Origin: Cyanophora paradoxa CCMP329
Lineage: Eukaryota; Plantae; Glaucophyta
Assembly (NCBI GenBank): GCA_004431415.1
Contig: QPMI01000022.1
Location: 248,001 to 312,000 of the forward strand
DNA length: 64,000 nucleotides
Direction: 5' to 3'
Below are positions 40,099-51,746 of this stretch, one piece after another. How positions within the stretch are numbered: position 1 is the stretch's first letter; each line of letters begins with the position of its first letter. The notes beneath the pieces are model-generated. The model did not search any database. It was not told the DNA's origin and worked only from the letters and a program-made list of their open reading frames with translations. The translations under genes and the position numbers were made by a program.

Positions 40099-40649
40099 TA
40101 CTACTCCGGTGAGTCCGATGACTCCGGTCCGCGCGCGCCGGCGGGGGCCCCCGCCGGCGCCGGCCAGGAGTCGGCAATGACTCGGCATACTATGATACCG
40201 GTTGGGTTCGAATTCAAAAAGGGCTCCCGGAGTCCGACTCAGCCTCCGAGGCTCTTAAGAGCCTAAGAATGTGGTACACGGCATACATTTTGCAGCATGC
40301 AGTTTTTTCACGAAGCCCATGCATATGGTACCCCATACTGCCGTGTAACACGGGGGGGCGCGCGGCGGGCCGGCGGCGGCCGCAGCCGCTGCGACCTGGG
40401 CCGCGTGCACGGCGGGGGCGGCGGGCGCGCGGCGCCCGCCTAGGCCTTGGGCCCTGTGGGCTTCGAATTCTTAGCTGATCATCATGGCATGGGGCCGGGG
40501 CCTATATATTGCAAGGGGGGGTCGGGGCCCGAAGGTCAGCCCCGTCCCGGCTGGGCCCGGGGCCCGGGCCCGCCGCGCGGATGACGGACAGATGGATGAA
40601 TCAAATCTAGCGTCTTCGAATTCTTAGCTTGATCTAGCGACTTCTTATC

Positions 40650-42238
40650 TTCCTAGCTAGGCGGGGCGAGGGACGGGCCGGGGGGGCGGACCTGGGCGAG
40701 GAAGTAGGCGGCGAGCTGCCAGGCCGCCGGGCTGGCGGGGGCGAGGAGCGGAGGGGCGAGGGAGCTCGAGGGAGGGGGGCGGGGCGGGGCGTGGGGTACC
40801 CGGGGCGGCGGAGACGATGATGCGGAGGCGGGGCCCGCAGAGGGCGGGGGGCAGCCACGCGAGGCGCCGCGCCCCGGCCTCCGCCACGAGCTGCGGCAAG
40901 GCCGGAGCGAGTAAGACGCTGGGACGGCCAAGAAAGATGGAGACATGGAGAAGAGCCGTGGGACATTGGAGCGTATATATATAGCTATAACTTGTTGAAC
41001 CACGAATCAAGCTAGAGGGCTTATAATTACTAGAAGGCTCGCCTGGTCGAGGGCGTCAGGGACGAGGACGAGGCGGCGGTCGAGGGCGGCGCAGGCGCCC
41101 GTGAGCCACCCCGCGAAGCGGCTCATCTGAGCCGCCTCCGACCCCTCCTGGCCCTGCCCCGCGCTCAAGGTGCGGAGCCGGGCGGGGCGGGGCGGGGCGC
41201 ACGGGTTCGGGGGCGAAGTCGGGGGGGTCCACGGCTTCAAAGGCCCCGCAGATCTCCGCCGCCAGCCGCCTGCCGGGGGACGGGCAGGGTGGGTGGGTGG
41301 CATCGGGAGGTGGGGGGGGGGGGAGAAAGGGGCAAAGAGGGGGGCGGAGGGGTTGCGGGGCGGGGCGAGGCGGGGCGAGGCGGGGGGGGCGGAAGGGGGG
41401 GGGGGGGGCACTCGAGGAGGCCGGGTACGCGGGCGCCGGCCTGGGAGCCGCCGCAGCAGTGCTCGACGAGGACGTCCGCAGCGCACCCCGCCCGCCACCC
41501 CGCCGCCCAGTTCGCAAGCAGCGCTGCCCGCCCCAAAGTCAGCTCAGATGTGAGCGAGATCTGGAGAAGGATCACAAGCTCACCTGACTTTCCGGCGCCG
41601 GGGGGCCCCGAGACGGCGGCGATCCCCTCCGAGTCCGACGCCGCGTACCTGCCCCGAAAGAGGTAGAAGTAGTTAGCGCTAGCAGAATCGAAGTTAGAAT
41701 CTCCTAGAAAAGGTCAAGTTAACAGAATTAAATTAGAATCTCTTGCTGCTCCGATCTCTCGGCTTCACGGACCGGTCGAGGGCCTCGAGGGCGGCCCGGG
41801 GCGGCACGTAGATGCGCCGCCGCGCCGCCGCGAACGCGCCGTGCGCCGCCCGCTCCTCCTCGAGCCAGTCCCGCCCCGCAGACTCCGGGAAGTCGCGTTC
41901 GATAAGCTGGAGAAGACGATTAAATTGAGCCGTCCTCTAGCTTTAGAAGAAAGAAGATTAAAAACGAGCCGTCCTCTAGCTGTTTTAACCTTAAGCTTTA
42001 CCGCTCACCGAGGCGAGGTCGTCGTGGATCAGCTCGGCGAGGCGCGCGGGGCTGCCGTACTCCTCCCCGCAGACCCGCAGCCCGGCCCGCCGGATCTCGC
42101 CCTGGAGCGCCGCGAGGCGCTCCCGGGCGTAGGGGCCCTCCGGCTCCGAGCGGGCCGCGTCGGCCGCCACCATAGCCTGCGAGAGCAGTTAGCTAATCAA
42201 GAAACAACCAGTGAAGAAAGGTATGTTATAAAGAACCT
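40650..42238 (-). pseudogene. Partial, internally deleted duplicate of the NPHP3-like gene
   Basis: Exons and introns are closely similar to about 48765-50200 (AMVAADAARSEPEG..GPPGAGKS..LVPDALDQ..LPPALCGPRLRI). They are joined directly to the LAAYFLAQ exon (about 47500 in the parent), out of frame. No 5' exons. Confidence 0.85.
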
Positions 42239-42519
42239 CCCCGTAAAAGACCTTGAGAGGGCTTCGGAATGACCGTACTACGGTAAAAGAGTAATGGGCG
42301 TACCCTCAGTCGCTGCTAAAATTGCTCCCGCCTGTGCCTGCACTTGCAATTGACGCCGGGTGCGCACGCCAGAGACAGGAAGCTGCTTTGTGTGCGGCCG
42401 CGCAGCTGGTGCAGGCTCGTCGACGTCGTCGCTAATATTTGCGATTCCAGCCGAGCTCATCAGACCTTTCGATAATCGACGCCAGCACTCTAATTGCTCT
42501 CCCTGCGCACAATGAAATC

Positions 42520-42786
42520 CGACCCTTCTCTATGAGAAATATGACGTCCCCAAATTATGTCGGCATGATCATGAATTTAAATTTTCAGGCTTGTATGGGC
42601 CGGTAAATTGGGGGGGTAACACTAAGCACGCCCTACTATGACGCCCCCAAATTATGTCCTTTTTTTTGGTGAATTACCGGCCACAGTCTCTAGACACCAG
42701 CACTGCTGGGGCTGCCCAGGGCGAGTTTGGCGACATAATTTGGGGATGACATAATAAAGTGTGTACCTTAATATAGTGTTACACGG
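42520..42786 (-). mobile_element. Element D: one end of a longer pogo/Tc2-like element of the same family as MITEs A-C
   Basis: Ends in GTGTTACACGG+TA, the same TIR as MITE-C. Repeats of AAATTATGTC. Core ccccccaatttaccggcccatacaagcctga on the - strand. No closing TIR at about 260 bp. Confidence 0.7.
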
Positions 42787-43153
42787 TACCCCGGTAAGAC
42801 TGTCTTTCAGACCCCGAGGCTCTTTCTGCCTAGTAGTGGCAGACTGGCAGTGCCTACTAGACTAGTAGTAGTTTTAGTATGAAAAAGCAGTATTTCAACT
42901 TCGGCAAGTATAGTTGAATGACTCGAATCGTCCTCGAGCTCGCGTCGATTTCGCAGTGCCCGCCGAGTTCGCAGGCAGTGGCAGCCTGCAGGCTGCAGGC
43001 TGCAGGCCGGCGGGTTTGGCCCCGGCGGGCTGATCGAGCCCACTTTCTGCCTTCGATTCGTCGGCCAGCGAAGGTCCGATTGCTGTCAAGTTGCTTCTTG
43101 GCAAGTTCTTGCTCGCCAGGCTAGATGCTGCCTATAGCTACAGCTAGCAGCGG

Positions 43154-46100
43154 CTACTCGATGCCGTACTGCCGGCGGATCTCGGCCGCGTGCCCCGCGT
43201 CGCCCATCTTCTCCGCCGCCTGCGGAAGCGGCGGTCACGATCAGGGAGGGAAGGGGGGGGGGGGGGGGGGGGGGGGGCGCGCACGACGGCGAGCCAGTCG
43301 GCGGCATTCTGCGCGGCGGCGTGCCGGCTCCCCCCGGAGGCCTCCGCCGCCTCCAGGGCGCGCTGGAACGCCCCCGCCGCCTCCTGCACCCGCCCTGCGA
43401 GCGGAACAACTGAGAAGGGCCGAGAGAAAGAGGGGCGGGGTATAGGCTCTCGCCGGTCTCGAGGAGGCAGGCGCCGACGTTGGTGAGGGTCCCTGCGGTC
43501 GTCGGGTGCTGCGCCCCCAGCGCCGCCTCGTCCGCCCCCGCCGCCCGCTGCGCGCGAGACAGCTTAAGAGACGCGAAGTCGGACGGGATACGGGAATTCG
43601 GGAATTCCGGAATTTCCGCCCGGGGGGGGGGTACCTCGTAGAGGGGGAGGGCCTCGGCGTGCCGCTTGGCGCGCATGCGCATCGCCGCCAGCGACTTGAG
43701 CACCTGCCGCGACCTCAGATTCAGATGACTTCGAGCGGGAGGCGGGGCGGGGCGGGGCGGGGCGGGGCGGGCCTGGAGGGTGGCGGGGTCGCGGGGCCCC
43801 GCCCGCCCCTCGTGGATCGCCAGCGACCGCTGCGGCGAAAAGAGGCCCGATCGGTGGCGGGGCAGAAAGAGGCGGCACCGGAGCCAGCGCGTGGGAAAGG
43901 AAGGGGGGCCCGCGCCCGCTCCTCTTCCCCGCCCCCGGGCGGGGCGGGATCGGAGCCTTGCGCGGAGGGCGGGGCGGGGCGGGGCGGGGCGGGGCGGGGC
44001 GGGCGGGCGGGGGGGGGGGGGGGGGGGGGCGCACGGCGTAGTAGTCCCCTGCCTCGTCCAGCGCCCCCGCCTTCGACCTGCGCCCCCGCACCCGATCGCG
44101 AGTCGGGCCGGAGGGGATCGGGCCGGGCTTCTAGATCTAAAAATAGCTTCAATTATTCCACCGCGCCATTCCCCCCTTCCATCGCCTCTATCCACTTATC
44201 GCTTAATCTAAGGGTCTCCACCCTTATTCCACCGGGGGGGGCCGGGGGGGGGGGGGGGGTGGGGGGTGGGGGGCCGGGGGCCGCACGCGAGGTCTGCGAG
44301 GCGGTGGAGGTCGTCGACGAGGGCGGGGTGGCCCGGCCCCAGCGCCCCCTCCTTGATCCCCAGCGCCCGGAGAGATAGCTCCCGCGCCCGCCCCGCGTCC
44401 CCCGCCTGCCGCGGCAAATTCAGGCGGACTGTTTGTGGCGATTTGAATACCGCTAAACCAGAAAGCGAATTGCAAGCTTGGCGAATAGAATATAGCAAAG
44501 ACAGCGAATAGATGCGTTTGAGCTTAAGAAGAAGAAGGAGAGGGGTCTAAAAGGGCACCTTGGCGTAGAGGGCGGCGAGGTTGGAGAGGAGGGTCGCCAG
44601 CTCGGGGCTCCCGGGGCCCAGCAGCCCCTCCGAGATCGCCAGGTCCCGCTGGGGCGGGGTCAGAGAGACTCAGAGGCCCTGAGGAGGCTGGGCGGAGGAG
44701 GCTCCCCGCACCTCGACGAGGGGTACGGCGCGCTGGAAGTCGCCCTTGGCGGCGTACAGGCCCGCCAGGTTGCTGCTCCAGAATCAAAAGGGGAGGACCG
44801 GAGAGGAGCGGGGGGGGGGGGGGGGGGGAGAGAGAGAGACCTGAGGGCGGCGCCGAAGTCGGGGTGGGCGGGCCCGAGGGCGGCCTCGAGGGCGGCGCAG
44901 GAGGCCTCGTAGAGCCGCTCCGCCTCGCCGAGGTCGCCGAGCTGCCGGTGCACCGACCCCAGCGCGTTCATCGCCTGCGCGTATACGTACATGGAAGGCA
45001 AGTTGGGTCGGATCAGAGGTCGGCGGCCGCAAAGCGAGTCCGGACCATGGCGGTCTCGAGGTGGCGGGGGCCCAGCGCCCGCTCCCGAACCTCCAGCACC
45101 CGCTGCCCCCGGGCCGGTCAGCGGAATTAAAGGATCCGGAGAGCGAGGGAGGGAGGCGGGCGGGGCCGGGGTGCCTGGTAGGACGCGAGGGCGCCGCGGA
45201 GATCCCCCCGCGCCCGCGCGACGCCGGCCATGTGGAAGAGCTGCGCCGGGCCTCCGTCAGCGCCCAAGCCCCAGCGCCCCCGGCCCTTGCAGCGCGAGCT
45301 GTCAAGGAGGCAGATGCGTTGCCGCTGAGCGAGGCTCGAGTTCTTTTAGCGAGCTCGGGTCCGGGCCGGGCGGGGCGCACGCAGGTGGCGGTGTCGGGGT
45401 GCTCCGGCCCCAACGCCTCCTCCCGGATCCCCAGCGCCCGCTGCGGACGAAGTTGAGACTGATCAGTTTAGGCTGTGGAGGCAAGGCCGGGGGGGCACGG
45501 ACAGCGAGGAGCTCGTCGGCGCGGTCGAGCTGCGCCATGGCCGCGTGCAGCGCACCCAGGTTCGCCAGGCTCGTCGCCACCTGCGGGCAGGGCGCGCAGA
45601 GCTTCAGCTCGAGCCGGGTTCGAGCTCGGACGGATCGGGCGGGTCTCGCTCGCTCGCTCGCTCGCCTCGGGGTGGTTGGGCCCGCGGGCGCGCTCGTTGA
45701 TGGCGAGGGCCCGCTCGAAGCACGCGCGCGCCCGCTCCGTCCGCCCCATCTGCGCCAAAGCGACCCTTTTGAGCCGAGAGGAGGCCAGCTTGGCTCAAGC
45801 CGTGCCCTCCTTGAGAGGCGGGGCGGGGCGGCAGGCCTTCTGGCAGGCGAGGGCGACGTTGTTGAGGACGGGGGCGAGGTGCGGGTGCATCGCCGGCAGC
45901 GCCCGCTCGCTGATCCCCAGCGCGCGCTGCGGGAGTATCCGATTAGATCGAATCGGGCGGGCGGGCGGGCGGGCGGGGGGGCGTGCCTCGTAGGCCTCGA
46001 GGGCGCGGGGGTACTGCCCGAGGGCCTGCAGGGCGAGTCCCTTGTTGTTGAGCACGGCCGCCAGCGCGGGGCTCGTCGGGCCCAGCGCCCGCTCGCTCGC

Positions 46101-49100
46101 CGCCTCCAGCTCCTGCCCGGGCGCTAAAATAAGCTAATTATAAGCTGAGCGCTCCTAAACTAACAATTAAAGGCGGGCTTCGTAGAGGCGGAGCGCCTCC
46201 TAAACTAAACAATTAAGCTGAGCTGAGCTCAGCTAAGCTAAGCTAAGCGCTCCTAAACTAAACGATTAAAGGCGGGCCTTGTAATTTAACTAAAAAATTA
46301 AAGGCGGGCCTGGTAGAGGCGGAGCGCCTCGGCGTAGTCGCCGGCGCGGTAGTGCACGCCGGCGATGGCCGTGAAGGCCCGCCGCCCGGGGCCCGACGCC
46401 GCCTCCCTGCCGCCCCGGCCGGCCCGCCCGCCCGGCATCAGAGCCGGCGAGGCTCCAGCTTCAGGCCGGCCAGAGGAGCTGGCTGGCAGGAGCTGCCGGG
46501 ACGGGCGGGGCGGGACCGCGTCTGCCTCTCACCGGTACGCGAGGGCGGCGCGGTAGGCCTGCTTGGCCCTCTCGTACTCCGCCTGCTGCGCCCACAGCTC
46601 CCCCAGCTGCCCCCGCGCACGCCCCACTCAGCCCGGGCGGATTGGTGCGGGGCGGCGGCGCGGCACACGTCCGCGAAGGCGTCGGCGACGGGGATGAGCT
46701 CCGCGCGGCGCTCCCCGGCCGCCGCCACCTGCGGCGAGCTTGAACTGAATCCTGCGGGCGCCGCCCGCGCTAGGCCTAGGCCGGGCCGGGCCGGGCCCGG
46801 CCACTGGGCTCACGGACCTTCTCGGCGAGGCGGGCGCCGCGCTCGAGGAACTCCCCCGCCTCCCGGTAACGCCCTGTACCCCCCGCCGGGATGAGGGGGG
46901 GGGGGCGCAGGGGGCCGGGAAGAGGGCAGGGGCGGGGGCACCGAGGGTCTTGAGGGCCCGCCCCACGTCGCAGTAGGCCTGCGGGGGGGTTCCTGAGGGG
47001 CGCGGGCGGGCGGGGGTGCGGGCGGGGGTGTACGCGCCTGGGCGGTCTCGGCGTCGGTGCCGGAGAAGCGCGCGAGGGCCGCCGCGTAGCGCCCGCGCGC
47101 CCCCGCCGCCTCGCCCGTCGCCGCCCACCACCGCTGCAGCTCGTCCTGCCCGAGCGAGTGAGCGCGTCCCATCTCTTCCTCCCGCTCCTATTCGGAAGTG
47201 GGCGGACGCGGAAGGGCCCTGCGGAGAGGTGGCGCAGCGCCGGCAGCTCCGAGAGCAGCGCCGCCAGCTGCCCGCCCCGCCCCGCCCGCCGCTGAGCCCC
47301 GCGCTTGCATTGGAATCCGAGGCTCGGGGCACCTGGGCGAGGGCCTCTTTGTCGCCGAGGGCCGCCAGCTGGTGCCCCGCCTCGAACGTCCGCCGCCCCG
47401 ACGCCGGCTGCGCGCCCCGCGCCCGCGGTGCCCGGAGGTCAGCCCCGTCCCCGGGCCCGCGGCGGGGCGGGGGGAGGGACGGGGGACGGGGGGGCGAGCC
47501 TGGGCGAGGAAGTAGGCGGCGAGCTGGCGGCGCCAGGGGCGGCCGTCCCCGTAGCCAAAGGCGCCCGCCGCCGCCTCCGCCGCGCTCGCGTGCGCGAACG
47601 CGTAGAGGCCCCCTGCGCGCGATGCGACAGCCTCGTCAGAGCGAACGAGAGCGAACAAACTGGACGCTGTGGCGAGCGCGAGGCGGGCGCGCACCGCGGT
47701 TGAGGAGGGCGGAGTAGTCGAGGGCGGCGCCCAGGAACTCGCTCCACGCCAGCTGCGAGACGGCCTCGCCCCCGGTCCCGCCCTCTGCCGAGCGCGGAGC
47801 TGAGCCGAGAGGGCGAGGGCCGGGCCGAGGCTGCAGCCCGAAAGGGCGGACCGGGGCCGGGGCCGGAGCCCTGGACGCCGGCAAGGGCGGCCATCTCGCT
47901 CTCGGCGAGGCCGTCGCGGGCGGCCAGCAGGCGGCACGCCGTCCCCGCCACCAGGCCCTCCCCGTACAGCCCGCACCTGAAAAGAGGGGGAGGGTCGGGC
48001 CCTGGGTAGGGGCGAGCGGGAGAGGAAATGGGCACCAGCGGCGGAGGACGGCGGCGTAGAGCTCCCGAGCGTTCCCGCAGCTGAAGGCCGGGAGGCTCAG
48101 ACAGAAGGAACAGAGGGGCGGGGGAGGAAGGGGGGGCGGGGGGCGCCCGTGGAGCTAGATAGATTGAAATTAGAGATCATTTTCATTAATATTGAACGAG
48201 ACGGGCTCGAGGGGGGGACGGGCGCGCCTGAGGAGCTCGCCGACGCGCTGCTCGAGGACGGCGTGCACCGCGCTGCCCTTCAGCTCCTCCAGCAGTACCC
48301 CCAGGAAGAGCTGGGGGGGGGAGGGGAGGGGAATAAGAATAAGGGAGAAAGGGGGGGGGCGGGCGGGGGCCGCACGGGGCTGGCGGTCTGCGGCGCCCCG
48401 CAGACGCGCGCCTCGAGCCCCGGGGCCAGCGTCTTGCCCGCCACCGCCAGGTCCGCCTGCCCGGGGGCCAGACCCGATCAGATCAGATCTGATCTGATCT
48501 GATCAGATCTGAGGGGGACGGACCTGGAGGACGGCGGAGCGCATCGCCGGCGTCAGCTCCGGGACCGCCACCTGCAGCGCGGGCGCTGGCGGGTGAGAGG
48601 GGCGCGGGGGAGGCGGGCGCGGGGGAGAGGAGAACGGAGGCACCTCGGTGTGGGGCATAGCCCGGGCGCTCTCCAGCGCCTCCCCTGCGAGGCGGCGCGG
48701 GCGGGCGGGCGATGAGAAAAGAGGACGGGGCGGGGCGGGGCGGGGCGGGGCGGGGCGGGGCGGGGGGTACCCGGGGCGGCGGAGACGACGATGCGGAGGC
48801 GGGGCCCGCAGAGGGCGGGGGGCAGCCACGCGAGGCGCTGCGCCCCGGCCCCCCCCACGAGCTGCCGCAAGGCAGGAGCGCTTAAGACTCTGGACGACCA
48901 AGAAAGATAGAGCGGCTGGGGCTCGCCTGGTCGAGGGCGTCGAGGACGAGGACGAGGCGGCGGTCGAGGGCGGCGCAGGCGCCCGTGAGCCACCCCGCGA
49001 AGCGGCTCGCCAGCGCCGCCTCCGACCCCTCCTGGCCCTGCACAGCAGTTCAGAGACGGAGCGCGGGGCGGGGCGGGGCGGGGCGCACGGGTTCGGGGGC

Positions 49101-51415
49101 GAAGGAGGGGGTCCACGGCGTCGAAGGCCCCGCAGACCTCCGCCGCCAGCCGCCTGCGGGGGACGGGCAGGGTGGGTGGCGAAGGTGGGTGGACGGGGCG
49201 GAGGGAGGGTGGGGGATGGGGGGAGGGGGGGGGAGGGAGGGGGGATGAGGGAAGTGGGGCGAGGAGTGGGGTGTAGAAGGGGTGCGGAGGGAGGGGAGGG
49301 TGTCGGAGGGGGAGGAGGAGGCGCTGGGGGAGGGGGGAGGGGGGGCGGAGGGGTAAGAGAGGGAGAGTCAAAGAGGTGGACGGAGGGCTGCGGGGCGGGG
49401 CGGGGCGGGGCGGGGCGGGGTGGGTGGGGGTGGGGGGGGGTAGGGGGGGCACTCGAGGAGGCCGGGTACGCGGGCGCCGGCCTGGGAACCGCCGCAGTAG
49501 TGCTCGACGACCACGTCCGCAGCGTGCGCCGCCCGCCACCCCGCCGCCCAGTTCGCCAGCAGCGCTGTCCGCCCGCGCTCGGTCAGTTCCAAGCGATGAG
49601 ATCTTATGTTATGCCATGAGCTCACCTGACTTTCCAGCGCCGGGGGGCCCCGAGACGGCGGCGATCCCCTCCGAGTCCGAGCCCGCGTACCTGTCCCAGA
49701 TAAGGTATAAGAAGTTAGCCGCAGAATCGAAGTAAGATTATCTTGCTGTTTCGGACCGGTCGAGGGCCTCGAGGGCGGCCCGTTGCGGCACGTAGATGCG
49801 CTGCCGCGCCGCCGCGAACGCGCCGTGCGCCGCCCGCTCCTCCTCGAGCCAGTCCCGCCCCGCAGACTCCGGGAAGTCCCGCTCGATGAGCTGAGGAGAG
49901 AACAAAGGAGAAAGAAGATTAAAAACGAGCCGTCCTCTAGCTGTTTTAACCTTAAGCTTTACCGCTCACCGAGGCGAGGTCGTCGTGGACCAGCTCGGCG
50001 AGGCGCGCCGGGCTCCCGTACTCCTCCCCGCAGACCCGCAGCCCGGCCCGCCGGATCTCGCCCTTGAGCGCCGCGAGGCGCTCCCGGGCGTAGGGGCCCT
50101 CCGGCTCCGAGCGCGCCGCGTCGGCCGCGACCATAGCCTGCGAGAGCAGTTAGCTAATCAAGAAACAACCAGTGAAGAAAGGTATGTTAAAAAAAACCTG
50201 GGAGGCGTAGTAGAAGAGGGCGTTCTCGCGCTGCGCCGGCGCGTCCCGGAGCGCCCCCGCCACGATCTCCAGCTGCGAAGGTAAGACTTCAGCTTTGGAA
50301 GATAGATAGATAGAACAGACGAGAGGGGCGCGCGCGCCTCGGTGACGGAGCGCTGGCGGAGGGGCCCGACGAAGGGGTACTCGGCCTGCGCGAGGTCCAG
50401 CGTCCGCTCGAGGAGCTCGTCCCGCCCGGCCCCGGGCGCCGCGTGCCACCCGTAGCGGCCCTGCGGAGGAGGAGAAGTTAGGCGAAGTGCGAACGAAGTC
50501 TTCAGAGGGGGGGGGGGGACGGGCCTTCAGAAAGGCGACGAAGTACTTGGAGCGGTCGACCTCGCGGAGGCAGAGGAGGGCGACCCTACCCCCCTGCACC
50601 GCCTCGTCCGAGATTCCCCTGCCCCGCGCGCCCCAGATCAAATTCGATTTGGGACTCGAATTTCTCGGGCGCGGGGGGCGCGGGGGCGCGGGCGCGCCAG
50701 CGGAGGTCGAGGGGTACGAAGAAGAGGCCACGGGAGGAGCAGAGGCGGCGCAGGCGCGGCACCGCCGACTTGAAGATGTGGTCCCGCTGCGAGGGCGCGC
50801 GAGCGGCCGCACGGCGATCGGGCCGGGCCGCGCGAGGGTGGGGTCGGGTCCTCGCGCCGGCCGCACTCACCTCCTCCTGCATGTCTCTGAAGGTCGACGA
50901 CAGGAAGACCTGCCGGCCCGCGGCGCGTCGGCGGCGGGCGCGACGGCGCGCGGTGCAGGCGGCGCCGGCCGCGGGCCGGGCCGGGCGCTCTAGATCGAGG
51001 TCTAGGACTCCGCGCGCGGACGAAGCGCTGCGTGGGGTCGCACGCGGATGGTGCGGTTGTCGAGGTTGAGGTTGGCGGCCGCCGGGCGAGCGGCGGCTGC
51101 GGCGGGCCGCGGAAGGGCCTGGTCTCCGAGTCGCACATCGACCTGGCTCGGTGTGGCCAGCGTTGGGGGTTCCAGGCGTACACCATGCACGATGCGCGAT
51201 CCTGCGGTCGCGCCGATCGGCGCGGGGGCCGCAGCCGGTCCAGGAGGCGCCGCGGCGCGGTGTTGGCCATGGACGACAGCGGCCGCGGCCGGCGCGTGGG
51301 CAGCTGAGGAGGGCGCGGCTGGAGCTGGCGGCATCTGAGCGCCGACCGGAGCAGGAAGGACGTATTCGCGGGCCTGCACGGGGCCCTCCGCTGGCTTCGC
51401 CGAACAGCAACCCAT
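43154..51415 (-). CDS. Nephrocystin-3-like protein: N-terminal acylation motif, DUF4062, NACHT-type STAND NTPase, kinesin-light-chain-type TPR array
   Basis: Starts MGCCSAK. DUF4062 IR|VFLSSTFRDMQEE|RD..LDLRW|GI..CLREVDRS..GRYGW..SVTE|LEI. Walker A GPPGAGKS. Walker B LVLVLDALDQ. LAWLP. Many repeats of type RAL.I.E..LGP.HP..A..L.NLA. Ends QYGIE*. Confidence 0.88.
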
Positions 51416-51746
51416 CGCGGAGAGCGAAACCCGCTCTTCAGTAAGGCGCAGGTTGACCGAGAGATCGCAGCTGCGGCGCTGGAGTCGGTCTCTCGGAAGC
51501 TGAGCTGGTTCCGAGCGTTTTCCTGCGACTGTAGCCCCCCCCCTCCCTCCCCCCAGCCCCGCCTTTCCTGTAGCCCCCGGACGGCACTTACAGAGCAGCC
51601 AGCAGGTCAGCCGGGCATCTCCCGCAGCTCCAAGCGCGGATTTGTGGCGAAACAGCTCCTTGCCTAGCTTTAGAAGCGTTTTAGTCAGGCGGAGTGCTGG
51701 TTGGTGGACGCCCGCCGAGGAGACCCCGCCCGCAGCAGACGCGGCC

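Noticed and set aside
42278-42460. 60-aa ORF next to element D as a transposase
   Set aside because: It is too short and shows no HTH or DDE motif.
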